A stretch of DNA of 64,000 nt from Eledone cirrhosa (Eukaryota): NCBI GenBank assembly GCA_964016885.1, contig OZ024760.1, positions 24,366,001 through 24,430,000 of the forward strand, in the 5' to 3' direction. Positions 43,331 through 57,646 of this stretch are shown here, in pieces. Each line of letters opens with the position of its first letter. Within the stretch, counting starts at the first letter, position 1. The notes beneath the pieces were generated by a model. It saw only the letters and a program-made list of their open reading frames with translations. It did no database searches and was not told the origin of the DNA. A program made the position numbers and the translations under genes.

Positions 43331-43447
43331 ATATATATATATATATATATCTTCTCCAGAAACGGCTTGAGCTCTGTCGTCGGGGTCATACTTTTTCCTA
43401 TATATATATATATATATATACATACAATCATACTTGCATATATGATT

Positions 43448-43532
<85 letters not shown>

Positions 43533-43568
43533 CATATATACATATTATATATTATATATATATATATA

Positions 43569-43669
43569 CAGGGTGTCCCCCCAAAATGTATACATACTTT
43601 GATTACCAGTACAGGCAATATTTATTAGAAAGCTTTTGAAGTGTGTATACATTTTATGGGGACACCTTG
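43569..43669. mobile_element. Tc1/mariner-type MITE (~100 bp)
   Basis: TA|CAGGGTGTCCCC..AAAATGTATACA ... TGTATACATTTT..GGGGACACCTTG|TA. Confidence 0.75.
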
Positions 43670-44017
43670 TATATATATTCTACATCCGAGCAGTAGAGTT
43701 GAATCTATCCAAATTTATCTGGAAATAATTTGGCACCCACTAAAAACAAAGCAAAACAAAATACACACATACCCCCCCCCCCACGTACACATACCCCCCC
43801 CCCCCACACACAATGTGTAATTGTAGTTATTGTATGTGGCTCTATTGTAGTTGTTATTGTTTTTGCTGCTATGATCCATTTTTTTGTAAAGCCAGCAATA
43901 ATATCAGTTAAGGGGAGATGTGGCTGCTATTTCTAGCAAAATGGTTTCTTAAGCAATGTGGTTACTAAAGGTTTCTGATGTTTGTGAAATAGGGAAACTC
44001 TCTCTCTCTCTCTCCTC

Positions 44018-44050
<33 letters not shown>

Positions 44051-44326
44051 CCTCTCTCTCTCCCTCTCTCGCTCTCTCTCTCTCTCTCCTCCTCCTCTCT
44101 CTCTGACCCCATCCCTCTCTCTCTCCCCCTCTATCTCTCTCTCTCTCTCTCTCTCTCCCCCTCTCTCTCTCTGTTTCTCCCCCCTCTCTCCCTCCCCCTC
44201 CCTCTGCCCCCCTCTCTCACACCGATTCTGATGTTTGTGAAATAGGGAAACTCTCTCTCTCTCCTCCTCATTCTCTCTCTCTGTCTCCCTCTCTCTCTCT
44301 CCTTCTCCTCTCTCTCTGACTCCCTC

Positions 44327-44372
<46 letters not shown>

Positions 44373-44489
44373 CCTCCCTCTCCCCTCCTCTCTCTTACAC
44401 CGACATACACACACTGAGTTGTTGGTAGCATCACAGTTGATTGTAATTATTTTAGTTATTGTTGGTAGCATTACTTTTGTTGTTGTTGA

Positions 44490-44690
44490 AGGGCATGCTT
44501 TGCAGCATAGAGTTACGGCCCTTTATGATCCGAGACCAAATTCCGCCGAGGTTAACTTTGTTTTTCATTCTTACGGAGTCGACAAAATAAAAAAGTACCG
44601 GTCATGCACTGGGGTCGATTTAATGGACTTTCCCTTCCTCCCCAAAATTGCCAGCCTTGTGCCTATATATAAGAACCCATTACTGTTGCT
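44490..44690 (+). mobile_element. SINE family A, 5'-truncated
   Basis: CCGCCGAGGTTAACTTTG..GTCGACAAAATAAAAAAGTACC..CCTTGTGCC. Confidence 0.75.
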
Positions 44691-45639
44691 GGTGTTGTAG
44701 TTGTTGTTGCTGCTGCTGCTGCTGCTTCTGTAGTTGTTCATGTTGATAATGTTGATGTTGTATTTGTTGTTATTAATCCAACACGATATGATTTTGAGGA
44801 GAGATTTGACAGCTATTTCTAGCAAGGCATTTAACTACTTAAGGGGTTCTGTTTATTTATGAAATAGGGAAACACCTGTAGTTAAAGAGTAATGGAATAT
44901 TAACTATAGCCGGATGAGGAAATATTCGCAGGGGATTTACTAAGATCCGACGAGAACTTTACTTTAAATGGCAGAATAAATCTTCTCTAGGCTTCTGATT
45001 GTCACGAGAAGACATTGAAATATATAAAGTCGCTGGAATAGCCGATGTGACAGACAATAATAGATAAATCGACATTTCTGACAGATTTAAGGTTAAGTTA
45101 TAGAATAGATTCTTAAAGAAAACTATCAACAACATCGACTCACTTATATATGAAAACGATGGAGAGCACTTACATGATTTATGACAACAGTAAGTGTTAA
45201 GGCTAGAAAAATTAAGGAACCGCTCTTTGTCTCCTAATTCAAAATTGATAATGTTGTTATGGTTGCTGTTGTTGTTGTTGTTATGGTTACTGTTGTTGTT
45301 TTCTATGTCTTAATTCTTGTTTTATCTTAATTGTTTTTGTTGTTGATAAAATTCTTACAATCTATGTTCAAATGCTGCTGAGATTAACTTTGCCTTTCAT
45401 CCTTCCATGGGCGATAAAATAAAGTACCAGTAAAGTATTGTGGTCCATATAATGGATTTCCCCTTTCCCCAAAATTGCTTGCTTTGGGATTTTAATTGAG
45501 AATAATTATCGTGGTGCGTTGTTGATTAAAGCAAAATAATCTTTAATTATTCTCTCAACAGTGAAATAAAAATAACATATTTATTATCATAATATCATTT
45601 AGTGAAATTGTGTGTATTATATTAAAGGTTTTACATATC

Positions 45640-45975
45640 GATCGTTGGATCTTCGTCGTTTCCGGCGATGAGTGCTCCAGTTGATTCAAACAACGGAACT
45701 GACAGCTCGTAAAATTAACATGTAAGTGGCTGAGCATTATCCAGACACGTGCACCCACAATGCAGTTCTCGGGGAGGGAGATTCAATGCGAAACAATGTG
45801 TGACAAAGATGGGCCCCTTGAATTACAGGTACAAATCCCTTTTCCCCGCTGAGTGGGCTGGAGCATTGCCAAAAAAAAAAAAAAAAAATCAAACAAAAAT
45901 GAAGAACACATCGTGACGCATGCTCCGGGACCGTACTCACAAACTTACGTTCCTGGGCCACACACTTGAACCCTT
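45640..45975 (-). mobile_element. Degenerate SINE family B copy
   Basis: The right part resembles 4205-4327 (ACTCACAA.CTTACG). GC-richer body. Confidence 0.45.
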
Positions 45976-46431
45976 TCTATAACCTTTTACATATAAAACA
46001 ACAAACATGATTTTCTTCGATATAACGGATCTTTGGCATTAACGAAAAGCGTCTTCATTTCTTTCTATAAGTTCGTTAAATCGAGGATATCGTGTAATTT
46101 ATTAAAAGTAATTTCCTTAAGGGTTTGGATATACCATGGTCTCTCCCACCCCCTCTCCCCATTATCAAATATTTATGGAACTGAATGAATGAAGGATAAA
46201 CTCTAGAAGGTCCTCAGAGAAGAAACCCGACTCAAGCAAGTGTTTCAGCCCTTTATATATATATTTTGAGTATATGTTGGTTGTATACCAACACCTCAGT
46301 ATGCAGATTGGAGCATATGATATCAGTTCCTCAGTGAAATAACAACCCAACCAGGAACTGGGCATATCAGAGTATTGCCAAAGTTATACACCTCAACAAC
46401 ATATGTACTTGTCTATACCACACTAATTCGG

Positions 46432-46486
46432 ACTGCCTGAAGAGGTCACAGCCAAAGATGACTGCCACCGAAATATATATGGCAGT
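46432..46486 (+). ncRNA. Hammerhead candidate, cleavage triplet apparently mutated
   Basis: ACTGC-CTGAAGA-GGT..ACC-GAAAT-ATAT-ATG-GCAGT. The related minus copy at ~735-762 has ATA-GCAGT. 46266-46312 matches 374-421. Confidence 0.55.
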
Positions 46487-46577
46487 AATAAACGAAGCCA
46501 AATTTACAAAATTTTATTTACAAAATTTTATTTTATATATATATATATAAATGAAATTTCGTTTCATTTTTTCCTTT

Positions 46578-46686
<109 letters not shown>

Positions 46687-46826
46687 TTGCCACAGCAGAA
46701 GTCCGACAAGTGTTTGATTAGAGAGTCGGGCCAGATCGATGCAGATCGAAACTTGAACTGATAAGTAGCGAAACGCGCGTCACCAAACAATAAACGTAAT
46801 GAGGACATAAACAAATCGTCCTTATG

Positions 46827-46858
<32 letters not shown>

Positions 46859-46867
<9 letters not shown>

Positions 46868-47051
46868 TATAAGTATTTATAAAATAGATGTTCTTTTGAT
46901 CAATTACATTTTATTATACATACTTAGGATGTACAACAGTACGTCCTCATCAGACAAAATATAATGATACATGTTGTACATCCGAAATATGTTTAATAAA
47001 ATGTAATTGATCAAAAGAACATCTATTTTATTAATACTTATATTTTAATAT
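46859..47051. repeat. Imperfect palindrome around a hammerhead
   Basis: The ~80-bp arms are reverse complements. The spacer carries the minus-strand TATTTTGT-CTGATGA-GGACGTAC, and the right arm carries GTACATCC-GAAATATG. Confidence 0.75.
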
Positions 47052-47148
47052 TAATAACTCCTGAACATTATTTTTCGTTGAGTGCTTCTAATCTACTGTA
47101 AAACTCATTCTTTGACATAATCATCGAATATTGTTTAACAACTTAATA

Positions 47149-47208
<60 letters not shown>

Positions 47209-47209
<1 letters not shown>

Positions 47210-47421
47210 GAGTAGGACCCTGACGGCTGAACTCAAGCCGTTTCGACGGCTAATTCTGGACTAAAAAAATAATGTTTTTTTTTTAGTCCAGAATTAGCCG
47301 TCGAAACGGCTTGAGCTCAGCCGTCGGGGTCCTACTCGCTCCTATTACCCACTCTACTACCCTAAGTATTGAGTACTTTGGTGCGTTATGGTCCACCTGG
47401 TTCCTTACCACATTTCCTTCG

Positions 47422-47423
<2 letters not shown>
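47209..47423 (+). mobile_element. Fold-back element, same family as 43086
   Basis: Inverted repeat at 47209-47338 with GAAAC-GGCT-TGAGCTC-AGCC-GTC-GGGGTCC. Confidence 0.7.
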
Positions 47424-47464
<41 letters not shown>

Positions 47465-47552
47465 AGTAAAAGGTAAACTGAAATAACAACACAATCGGTA
47501 CAGTATATAGAAGGTATATATTAGGTTAACGCTTGATATAGCAGGAAGAGGG

Positions 47553-47588
47553 TCTTAACATTTCGGACGCTAGTCCTTCATCAGAAGA
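47553..47588 (-). ncRNA. Penelope-type minimal hammerhead
   Basis: Minus: TCTT-CTGATGA-AGGAC-TAGC-GTCC-GAAATGTT-AAGA. Confidence 0.65.
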
Positions 47589-47946
47589 AAGAGTGAGAAA
47601 TAAAGTAGATTGAGGGGACGGGTGGGTTGTAATTGGAAAAAATGTCTTTAGATAAAAATAACAGGTCCATTCATGTTGACATCTCTTGCAAAACTGTTGG
47701 TGCTGGCGTTTTGTGTATGATTTATTTTATAGAAAAGGGGATGAATTCGTTGGATTTTCTAATTGGATTTTCACCCCGAAACTGGATACCATCCCGGAGT
47801 ACACCTGAACTTCCACCAGGAAATATTTCGTATCATTGAAATTTTCTTTGCTTCTTATATATAGTGGTAAAAACCTGTCAGGGGGGATGGACAGCAGATG
47901 GTCAAGCAACAGTTTTGGCCGTTAACTATATATATATATATATATG

Positions 47947-48022
<76 letters not shown>

Positions 48023-48036
48023 AGAGAGAGAGAGAG

Positions 48037-48083
<47 letters not shown>

Positions 48084-48602
48084 TAAGAGCCTCTCAAGAG
48101 AGTTGAACAGCAGGAGGTCTTCAGAGAAGAAAACCAACTCAAGCAACTGTTTCGGTCCTGAGAAACAATCGGACTCTGTGTAAATATTTACTACACTTCT
48201 GTGCCACCATACAATTGAACAGACATTTATAAAGAAATCTAGAAACAGAAATCAGAATTGAAAGTGAAGGAATGCTCTAACTTGCTTTAAGTCAGAACAA
48301 CACTAAAAATATATTGGTATATATATTATGCATGAATGCATATAAATTTAATATTCATTTTGCGTTAGCTACTGGCGGTCTTGCTGAACAGTAGCAACTA
48401 CAGCAGCAGCAGTAGCAGCAGCACAGCAGCAGCAGTAACAGTATTAATAATAATAGTAATAATAGTATTAGTAGTTTGGATATTAAGGAATCCGATATAT
48501 CCAAAATTGTATTCTTCTTAACTGTTATTAAAGTGTGCTTCTCTGCTCCTTGTAGAATTTTAATTTGAGAATAATTTCGCTGTTTTTTCTATTATTATCA
48601 GA

Positions 48603-48803
48603 GGATGGTGGATTGGTAGAATCGGTGGAGCGTCAGACAGATTTAGGGCATTGAGTTACGTCCCTTTACGTTCCGAGTTCAAATCCTGCCAGGTTAACTT
48701 TGCCTTTCATCCTTACGGGATCGATAACATATAGTACCAGTAACGTACTGAGGTCGATTTAATCGACTTTCCCCTCACCACAAGCCCTTTTCCGATACTA
48801 GAA

Positions 48804-48835
<32 letters not shown>

Positions 48836-49600
48836 ATGGCGGTGGATTGGCAGTATCGGTAGAGGGTCGAACGCCATGCTTTGACGCATAGAGTTACGGC
48901 CCTTGCCATTCTGAGTTCAAATCCCGCCGAGGTTAACTTTGCCTTTCATCCTTACGGGGTCGATAAAATAAAGTACCAGTAATGTACTGGGTAATTGCTG
49001 GCCTTGTGCCAAAAAGTAAAAACAATTATTATCATTCTGAGTTCAAATCCCGCCGAGGTTAACTTTGCCTTTCATCCTTACGGGGTCGATAAAATAAAGT
49101 ACCAGTAATGTACTGGGTTATTGCTGGCCTTGTGCCAAAAGTAGAAACAATTATTATTATTATTATATACACATAAATAATTGTTTCTACTTTTGGCACA
49201 AGGCCAGCAATAACCCAGTATATTACTGGTACTTTATTTTATCGACCCCGTAAGGATGAAAGGCAAAGTTAACCTCGGCGGGATTCGAATTCAGAATGGC
49301 AAGGGCCATAACTCTATGCGTCAAAAGCTCATGGCCTCTACCGACAGAGATACTACCCTCTACCGATACTGCCAACCCACCGCCCTATATACACACAAAT
49401 AATAACGGTTTCTGATTTAAACACAAGGCCACAATTTTGTTGATTAAATCGACACCAATATATTACTGTTATTTTATATTATCGACCCAGTGATGATGGA
49501 AGGCAAAGTTAAGCTCAGCGGGATTTGAACTCATAAAGTAAAGGGACGTAACTCTATGCCACGAAACATGGTTTCTGACGCCCTACAGATAGTACTAAAC
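48603..49600. mobile_element. SINE family A cluster: three plus-strand then two minus-strand copies, tail to tail
   Basis: Full plus copy at 48838-49030 and full minus copy at 49182-49385. The minus copy has an 18-bp TSD TATATACACA(T/C)AAATAAT at 49164 and 49386. Confidence 0.85.
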
Positions 49601-50075
49601 TCTCACACTTCTCCTCTACAGATTTTGCCATATTTAGTGTTATTAAAAGACGAGATTTTGTCTCCAAGATATTAAAGATTAGACCATCCCTACATTGGTC
49701 ACTCTGAATTTAAAGTGTCACAAGAAATATGGCAAAGCATTTTGTTCAAAGTAATGGTGGCGAATTGGCAGAGTTGTTAGAACGTCGGGTACATTATTTT
49801 GCAGTATTCTCTGTGTTCAAATCCCGCTGAAGAGGTTTACTTTACTTTTTCATCATCTCGAAGTCGATAATAAAAAAAAATACCAGTCCAGTGAACGGAA
49901 ACTATATTTACCATCCGAAATGTTGAGAGAAAAATACAGTGGGGAAAGAGACTGTGTGTGAATGACAGATAGATATCATCATAGTAACTAACTGCACAGG
50001 AAGTGACGCTTTCACAACGATACACCAAGTTTGTTGCCAACCGTTGTTGTCGGCTTGCGTGTTAGTTAAGCATAA

Positions 50076-50278
50076 CTCAGACTCAGACTCAGAAGCTCCC
50101 GCGTCTTACGACGCATGAGGCAATCATAGTGTTCCATAGCGTTCGGTCAGCAGCCAGTTGCACAGCGTCCCGCCATTGTCTGTTTGTCGCTCGCAGGTCC
50201 CTCTCAACTGTCTGGCGCCAGTTCATATTGGGTCGCCCTCTCCGTCTGCTTCCCTGCGGGCTCCATTTAAGTAACACT
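50076..50278 (-). mobile_element. RTE-clade LINE 3' end
   Basis: LKWSPQGSRRRGRPNMNWRQTVERDL...AADRTLW, followed by a (CTGAGT)n tail. Confidence 0.8.
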
Positions 50279-50289
50279 GATCATGAAAC

Positions 50290-50850
50290 GAGACGCTTTT
50301 TAGTCGGAGAATTAATCCATTGCTTTACGACCGTCTCAGAGAGTACACTTATCAATCTGCAAACCAATCAACGGCAGTTGAGAGGTTATATGTCTTAATC
50401 CGTGTGGTGAGCAAATGGGGTCCCACGTGCTGGCCTCCCCACGGCCCCGGCGGACAGAATAGAGAAGGCGTTTCCCCGGAGGATGGTAAGAGAGATGCGT
50501 TGGAAAAGCCATTCCAACTCGCGAGCTTCAAACCTGCGGTTGGCCAGCTCAGCGCCTATGGTGGTGAGTAGGGAGGTAGCCCTAGGGCCAAGGACACCAG
50601 AAGTCTCCACTGCAAAGTGAACGACCGCGAACCTATCGGAGAGCGACTGGTACTTGGAGAGTTTGGCCTCCTCAGCCCGAAGTGCAGCAGAACCTGGGTT
50701 AGTAGCAGACTGCACAAGGTTGCGACTGGAGAAAGTGTCGCTGCAAGTGGCATTCCGGACGAGGGGTTTACCACGGGAAGATAGTCATACCGTCTGGCCT
50801 TTTGCCGCCCCCTCGGTCCAGCCCCACCGGCTCGAGAGCAAACGATTTGT
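50290..50850 (-). mobile_element. CRE-clade non-LTR retrotransposon RLE C-terminus
   Basis: GKRPDGMTIFPW..ATCSDTF..AEEAKLSKY..FAVETSGVLG..LFQRISLTILRGNA. Confidence 0.75.
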
Positions 50851-51196
50851 TCGCGATGAGAGGCGTTCGGTTTACGAACATTTCGGATAACGAACGGACT
50901 ACAGAAACTAATTAAGTTCGTGAAGCAAGGTTCCACTGTATATATTTTATAATCCTACAAAGACTAGAGAAATATTTCATCCAACTTTCTAACATTTAAC
51001 AAGAATCCCTTTTTCTTGCATTTCCTGAAATTTTTAAACAGACTGAATGTCGCAAGTGTATACATACATACATACATACATACATACATACATACATACC
51101 TACATATATACATACATACATACATACATACATGCATACATACATACATACATACATACATACATACATACATACATACATACATACATACATGCA

Positions 51197-51230
<34 letters not shown>

Positions 51231-51244
51231 CATACATACATTTG

Positions 51245-51305
<61 letters not shown>

Positions 51306-51486
51306 TTATATATATATATATACATGAGTGTGATATAAAATGTATTTTAGTAAAAAAAATGTTGCATCAAATATAATAGTATTAGTAATAACACCAATAA
51401 TACACACACATATATATAATGTATATATATATATATATATACATACATACATATATACATACATATATACATACATATATATTATG

Positions 51487-51546
<60 letters not shown>

Positions 51547-51551
51547 TATAC

Positions 51552-51672
<121 letters not shown>

Positions 51673-51682
51673 TATATATATA

Positions 51683-51792
<110 letters not shown>

Positions 51793-52285
51793 TGTATATA
51801 CATAGATCCAAAATATGCGATAGAATAAATAGAATTCAGAAAAGAAAACACCAATATGAATGACAACAACAATAATATTAAAAGAAAGTGACTTAATATA
51901 GACAAGAAAATAATGAATGAGAGAGAGAGGGGGGAGAGAGGGAGAAAGACATATATATATATATGTATGTATAGAGAGAGATAGATAGAGATAGATAGAG
52001 AGAGAGAGAGAGTGAGAGAGATATATAGAGAGCAATGATGAAGAATTTTCTACTTCAGTAGAAGGAATGAGATAAAAATTGGATTGAGATATAGAGAGAA
52101 TGCTGAGAGCAAAATGGATTTGAAAAGCACAACGGCGTTTTTTAACAATGGCAGATAAAAACGAAACGTGTTTTAACGTGGTTTCCTAAAGAAAATAATG
52201 GTAATTGCAGGAATATAATAAATATTAGAATTTTTTTGTTTATATCTAGCGTGAAAATCTATAATTTTGGTGTTTTAAAGTAGTA

Positions 52286-52945
52286 ATGTATGTATGTATA
52301 CTTGTATGTATGTATGTATGTATGTATGTATGTATGTATGTATGTATGTATGTATGTATGTATGTATGTATGTATGTATGTATTTATGTATGTATCTATG
52401 TATGTATGTTTGAGTGTGTGCATTTATGTATGTATGTATGTATGTATGTATGTATGTATGTATGTATGTATGTATGTATGTATGTATGTTTGTGTGTATG
52501 TATGTATTTATGTATGTGTGTATGTATGTATGTATGTATACTTGTATGTATGTATGTATGTATGTATGTATGTATGTATGTATGTATGTATGTATGTTTG
52601 TATGTATGTATGTATCGATGAATGTATGTATGTATGTATGTGTGTATGTATGTATGTATGTATGTATTTATGCATGTGTGTATGTATGTATGTATTTATG
52701 TATGTATGTATGTTTATGTGTATGTATGCATGTATGTATGTATGCATCTATGTATGTATGTTTGAGTGTGTGTATGTATGTATGTATTTATGTATGTATG
52801 TATCTATGTATGTATGTTTGTATGTATGTATGTATCGATGTATGTATGTTTGTGTGTATGTATGTATGTATTTATGTATGTAGGTATGTATATGTATGTA
52901 GATATGTATGTATGTGTATATATATATATGTATGGTATGTATGTA
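52286..52945. repeat. (TATG)n tetranucleotide tract (similar tracts at 32682-32786, 42510-42850, 51060-51268)
   Basis: Composition. Confidence 0.95.
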
Positions 52946-52977
52946 CATCTATATCTATGGTTTTTATATTCTATTTT

Positions 52978-53106
<129 letters not shown>

Positions 53107-53271
53107 CAGAGAAGGCAAGCGTGTGGTACAATTATAAAGTGCTTTAAAGTGTGAAATCTATATTTTTGGTTTTTAGATAGCATATACTTTACACACTCAG
53201 ACACATATACTCACACTCACACACTCGCTTATCTATCTATCTATCTATCTATTAATTTCTCCCCCCCCCTA

Positions 53272-53322
<51 letters not shown>

Positions 53323-53342
53323 ATATATACATATATATATAA

Positions 53343-53830
53343 TTAAAGAATGAAGAGTGACATGGTTGGCTGTACAATAAGGGGCTTTATTTAAAGTACT
53401 GACAATTGTTTCGTTGATCAGGTGAGTCTAGAGTTCGCTAATCGCTTGAGATTGCGTCACTCGATCTCCAATACATTATTTACCTCTGGTCAACACATCA
53501 GAGTACGTAGATATGATGTGTTGACCAGAGGTAAATAATGTATTGGAGACCGAATGACGCAACCTGAAGCGATTAGCGAACTCTATATACACCTGTCAAC
53601 GAAACAATAGTCAGTACTTTAAATTAAATTGCACAGCCAACCATGTTAGTCTTCATTCTTTAACTATTATTACTCCAAGTACAACCTGGATAGAAATTAC
53701 CGCGAACTCGCTGCATAACTATGGAAGCATCTTGTTGAGTCAAACAAAGCCGTACGTTAAAACTATCCACAACGCAGAGTACTCACAACCTCTAACTGGA
53801 TTTCCTATAACGATAACTTGTTATCCCACA
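53343..53830 (+). mobile_element. Penelope-like pLTR with an inverted 5' copy (imperfect palindrome 53343-53663)
   Basis: The arms are reverse complements around a 13-nt spacer at ~53501-53513. The right arm continues to GATAACTTGTTATCCCA. Confidence 0.7.
53396..53506 (-). ncRNA. Hammerhead candidate with one core substitution
   Basis: Minus: GTACT-CTGATG(T)-GTTGA...TCAAC-GAAAC-AATT-GTC-AGTAC. Confidence 0.55.
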
Positions 53831-53849
53831 CATATATAATCAGTATACA

Positions 53850-54149
53850 CTGAGGATGAAAAGCTCAGAGCTGTATGGGAGCATCCCAAAAGTCAGCTCA
53901 AAAGTGACACAGAGGAGACTGAGGTTAGCTGGACATGCTCACCGACATCCAGAGTTGACATTGCACTCAGTACTCCTTTGGGAGCCCCTACATGGACACA
54001 CTAGAAGAGGAAGACCAAGGTTAACGTATGTTGATGCCCTAAGGACAGACACTGGTCTGTTGGAGATGCAGGATATGGCAGCGATAATGAGGGACAGAGA
54101 CCGCTGGAGAGAACTCGTCCATGGATCTCGGGAGTTTTACCCGCCTTAG
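53850..54149 (+). mobile_element. RTE/RTE-X LINE 3' end
   Basis: ELYG..RRLRLAGHAHRH..VLLWEP.HG..RRGRPRLTYVD..MRDRDRW, then (TA)n. Confidence 0.8.
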
Positions 54150-54237
54150 ATATATATATATATATATATTATAGAGGTAGAACACTGGAAGGTAATATCC
54201 GTAGTGGTAGAGCACTCAGTCCATGGGACGAGTTAGG

Positions 54238-54369
54238 TAGAAGTGGTAACACAACAGTTAGTTCACCATATCGAGAACAATTGTAATGGGTCCATTACGA
54301 CCTGAAGATCCGCTAAGGTGAATCAATTGTTCTCGATATGGTGAACTAACTGTTTTGTTACAACTTCTA
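54238..54369. repeat. Inverted repeat (~46-bp arms) enclosing a degenerate hammerhead core
   Basis: AACAGTTAGTTCACCATATCGAGAACAATTG / CAATTGTTCTCGATATGGTGAACTAACTGTT, with CTGAAGA..GAAT-CAATTG-TT across the spacer and right arm. Confidence 0.65.
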
Positions 54370-54414
54370 TATATATTATATATATATATAAGTATCTACA
54401 TATCTATTTATTTG

Positions 54415-54502
<88 letters not shown>

Positions 54503-55421
54503 CCGACCGAGCTGCAGTCCTGGGTCAAGCAAAGACCGAGGAAAATGGGCAACTGGCACATCGAATGTGCTCAGGCGCTCACAGCCCTCTGGCAGGCGGA
54601 CCCGGCGATCAGTGGAGACTCCACTTCGTCATTCTATGGAGGGTTGATCCGCAGCAAGTTCGACGAGGCGTTCGGTGAAACTCTAGGCGTAGAGGAAGAC
54701 GAACTGGCCAGTTTGTTCGGTAGAACCTTTCGCCCGGGACCGATGGACAACTTCCAAAAGTCCCTGGCCTGGCAGTGCTACCGAGGAGCTCTACCAGTTC
54801 GATAAATCACTACAGACATGGGCGCCCAGGCAGGGACCCTGCAAAAAAGATCTGTCCGAGGTGCGCGCACGCATTCATACATTGCCCGGGCGTTACCGAC
54901 CTGTGGGGCTATGTAGAACGACTACTGTCGCGGGTGGGACCAATCCGGTTGACCACCGAGTCCATTGTCATGATAAAACCGCCACCCTCCTTCAAAAACG
55001 AAGGAGAGGCGGTTTTCCTTTGTGTGATATCAATGGCGAAAGAGGTTGTATGGTGGACAAGGTTGAAAGGGCTGATATCAGACACATTTCTCTCCGGCCA
55101 ACAACTGATTCCTTTTTTCAGGTGAAAGTGGCGAGAATGACCCGAGTGAATGGGCCTTCTCTCTATATCAGCCTGTAGGTTGAGGAAAAAGAGGAGAGGA
55201 AAGGAGTACAAACTCTTCGTACTCCTGGAGATGAGGGTTGCACATTTTTTTCGGGGGTATGTGTTACCCATATGTAATGTCTCCCTCTATTGGGGAAAAT
55301 CGACTAATTTTTAAATTGCATTTGTGATAATATTTTACACGTTTTATTTTATGTAAACTTCCCCCTTTGTATTTGTCCCCCTTTTTTGTGCCCCTGTGTC
55401 TAATAAAGAAACATATCTATC
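54503..55421 (+). mobile_element. Tx1/L1-like LINE 3' part (zf-RVT-like) inserted in (TATC)n
   Basis: FQKSLAWQCYRGALPVR..CPRC..HAFIHCP..LW, with frameshifts and deletions. Ends AATAAA + TATC tail. Confidence 0.75.
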
Positions 55422-55649
55422 TACATATATATAAAGAAAATGTTTTGTTTGAAATATCTTGTCGCCATGTTTGCCATTTGTATGACAGTATTTGTGTATG
55501 TCTTTAGATACACATGTGTGGATATTGAAACATGTGGAATTATGTGCACTTCGGTGTGTTTGCACACATATACACACACACATATATATATATGTATAAA
55601 TATACATACATACATATATATAAATATACACACACACACACACACACAT

Positions 55650-55687
<38 letters not shown>

Positions 55688-55689
<2 letters not shown>

Positions 55690-55789
55690 CGAAGGAAATG
55701 TGGTAAGGAACCAGGTGGACCATAACGCACCAAAGTCCAGAATTAGCCGTCGAAACGGCTTGAGCTCAGCCGTCGGGGTCCTACTCATT

Positions 55790-55792
<3 letters not shown>
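55688..55792. mobile_element. Internally inverted copy of the 43086/47209 family
   Basis: 55688-55736 is the reverse complement of the family 3' end, joined through AGT to the forward HHR-half segment. Confidence 0.7.
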
Positions 55793-55855
<63 letters not shown>

Positions 55856-56712
55856 TAAAAGGAAAAGAAAATGCTGACGAATTTTTCCCAGTGAAAAATA
55901 GTTTAATTAGGAATAAGTATAAATTAGTAATAAGTATTGGTTAGTATTCAGTTTTAGTCTTAAGTTTTTACCGGTTGCGCATTTCTTATGCTTTTCAAAA
56001 ATAATGTTGAGATAGAGCGCTCGTGATTTTTGGTCTAATCTGTATATACATATATATAAATCTAACTGCCATCAACAGTTTTTCTCAGATTGGTCTGTAA
56101 GCCGCAACCACAGGGCTTCCTTTGATAATGGATCGGAAATTCGAAAGTATTCGGGATTAATAATATTGCTCAAGTAAAGATTCCATCGTTCCAACTTTTT
56201 TCTCAGTTCTTTTATCCTATTTTCTCTAATTCCTATTAACTTGGCATCCATAATCTCACACGCATTGTTTGGCTTCCAAATATTGAAACTTATTTCCTAG
56301 TTACATTTGTGTGTGTGTATATATTTATATATATATATATATGCAACTCCGTTCTTCCCCCAACCCTCACTTTCACATACACACACACACACACACACAC
56401 CTAACCACACACACCACCTTCAGCCCTCCCCGCTCGGACACCCCGTCTCCCTCTCCCCACTCCACCCGCCACCACCCCTACTTACCCCACACCCTTCCAC
56501 CATCTGTTTACCCCCCTTTTAATTTCAGTTTATTTTGATCATGCCTTTATTTTTAAATTTTCTCATTCCTTGTATTTTGATCATGCTTTATTTTTATTTA
56601 TTATATTTTTTGTCTTTATTTGTTAATTTTTCATTCGCACCGTTTACTTTCGCTATATGTCTCTCCACCACTCCCCTACACACCTTTTGAACTCTGTTCC
56701 CACACACTTCTC

Positions 56713-56744
56713 ACCTGAAGAAGGGCTTATGCCCGAAACGTCGT
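56713..56744 (+). ncRNA. Penelope-type minimal hammerhead
   Basis: AC-CTGAAGA-AGGGC-TTAT-GCCC-GAAACGTC-GT, with AATAAA downstream. Confidence 0.65.
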
Positions 56745-56864
56745 CCCCCACCTACCCCCCACTCTCCTGAGCGTGAATTTAATAAACATTTATCGTACTG
56801 CCTCATAAAATAAAGTACCAGTAATGTACTGGATAATTGCTGGCCTTGTGCCAAAGGTAGAAAC

Positions 56865-56926
<62 letters not shown>

Positions 56927-57294
56927 TTATATGTGCGTGGTTTTGTATACCTATGGTAAGTTTTTGCGTATGCTTGTATATGTACGTATTTGTTTGCGTG
57001 TATGTATTTATTTATTTCTATTACTTCTGTATTGTATTTATTTACTTTGTTCTTAACTCTGTAGCGGAGATTCATTCGGTCTCCTTGTTAGAATTTTAGT
57101 CTACGACTTCTGCTATACCATTTACGTGGTTTTGTCTTTGCGTGCTATTGTTCCCAACGCTCCATATATGACGTATTATCTTCGTTTTTCTCGTTCATTG
57201 CCAGAGCCCGTTAAGGGTGAAAGCAGCGATTCTTTGCTTAAACTTTAATCTGTTATTTTAATAAATATATATACATATATATTGTGATTTGAAC

Positions 57295-57432
57295 TAGTCC
57301 AGAAATAGCCGTCGAAACGGCTTGAGCTCAGCCGTCGGGGTCCTACTCGGTCCTATTACCCACTCTACTACCCTAAGTATTGAGTACTTTGGTCCGTTAT
57401 GGTCCACCTGGTCCCTTACCACATTTCCTCCG

Positions 57433-57434
<2 letters not shown>
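57295..57434 (+). mobile_element. Copy of the 43086/47209 family without the inverted arm
   Basis: Starts TAGTCCAGAAATAGCCGTCGAAAC and ends CGTT(AT)n. Confidence 0.7.
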
Positions 57435-57524
<90 letters not shown>

Positions 57525-57527
57525 GTA

Positions 57528-57646
<119 letters not shown>

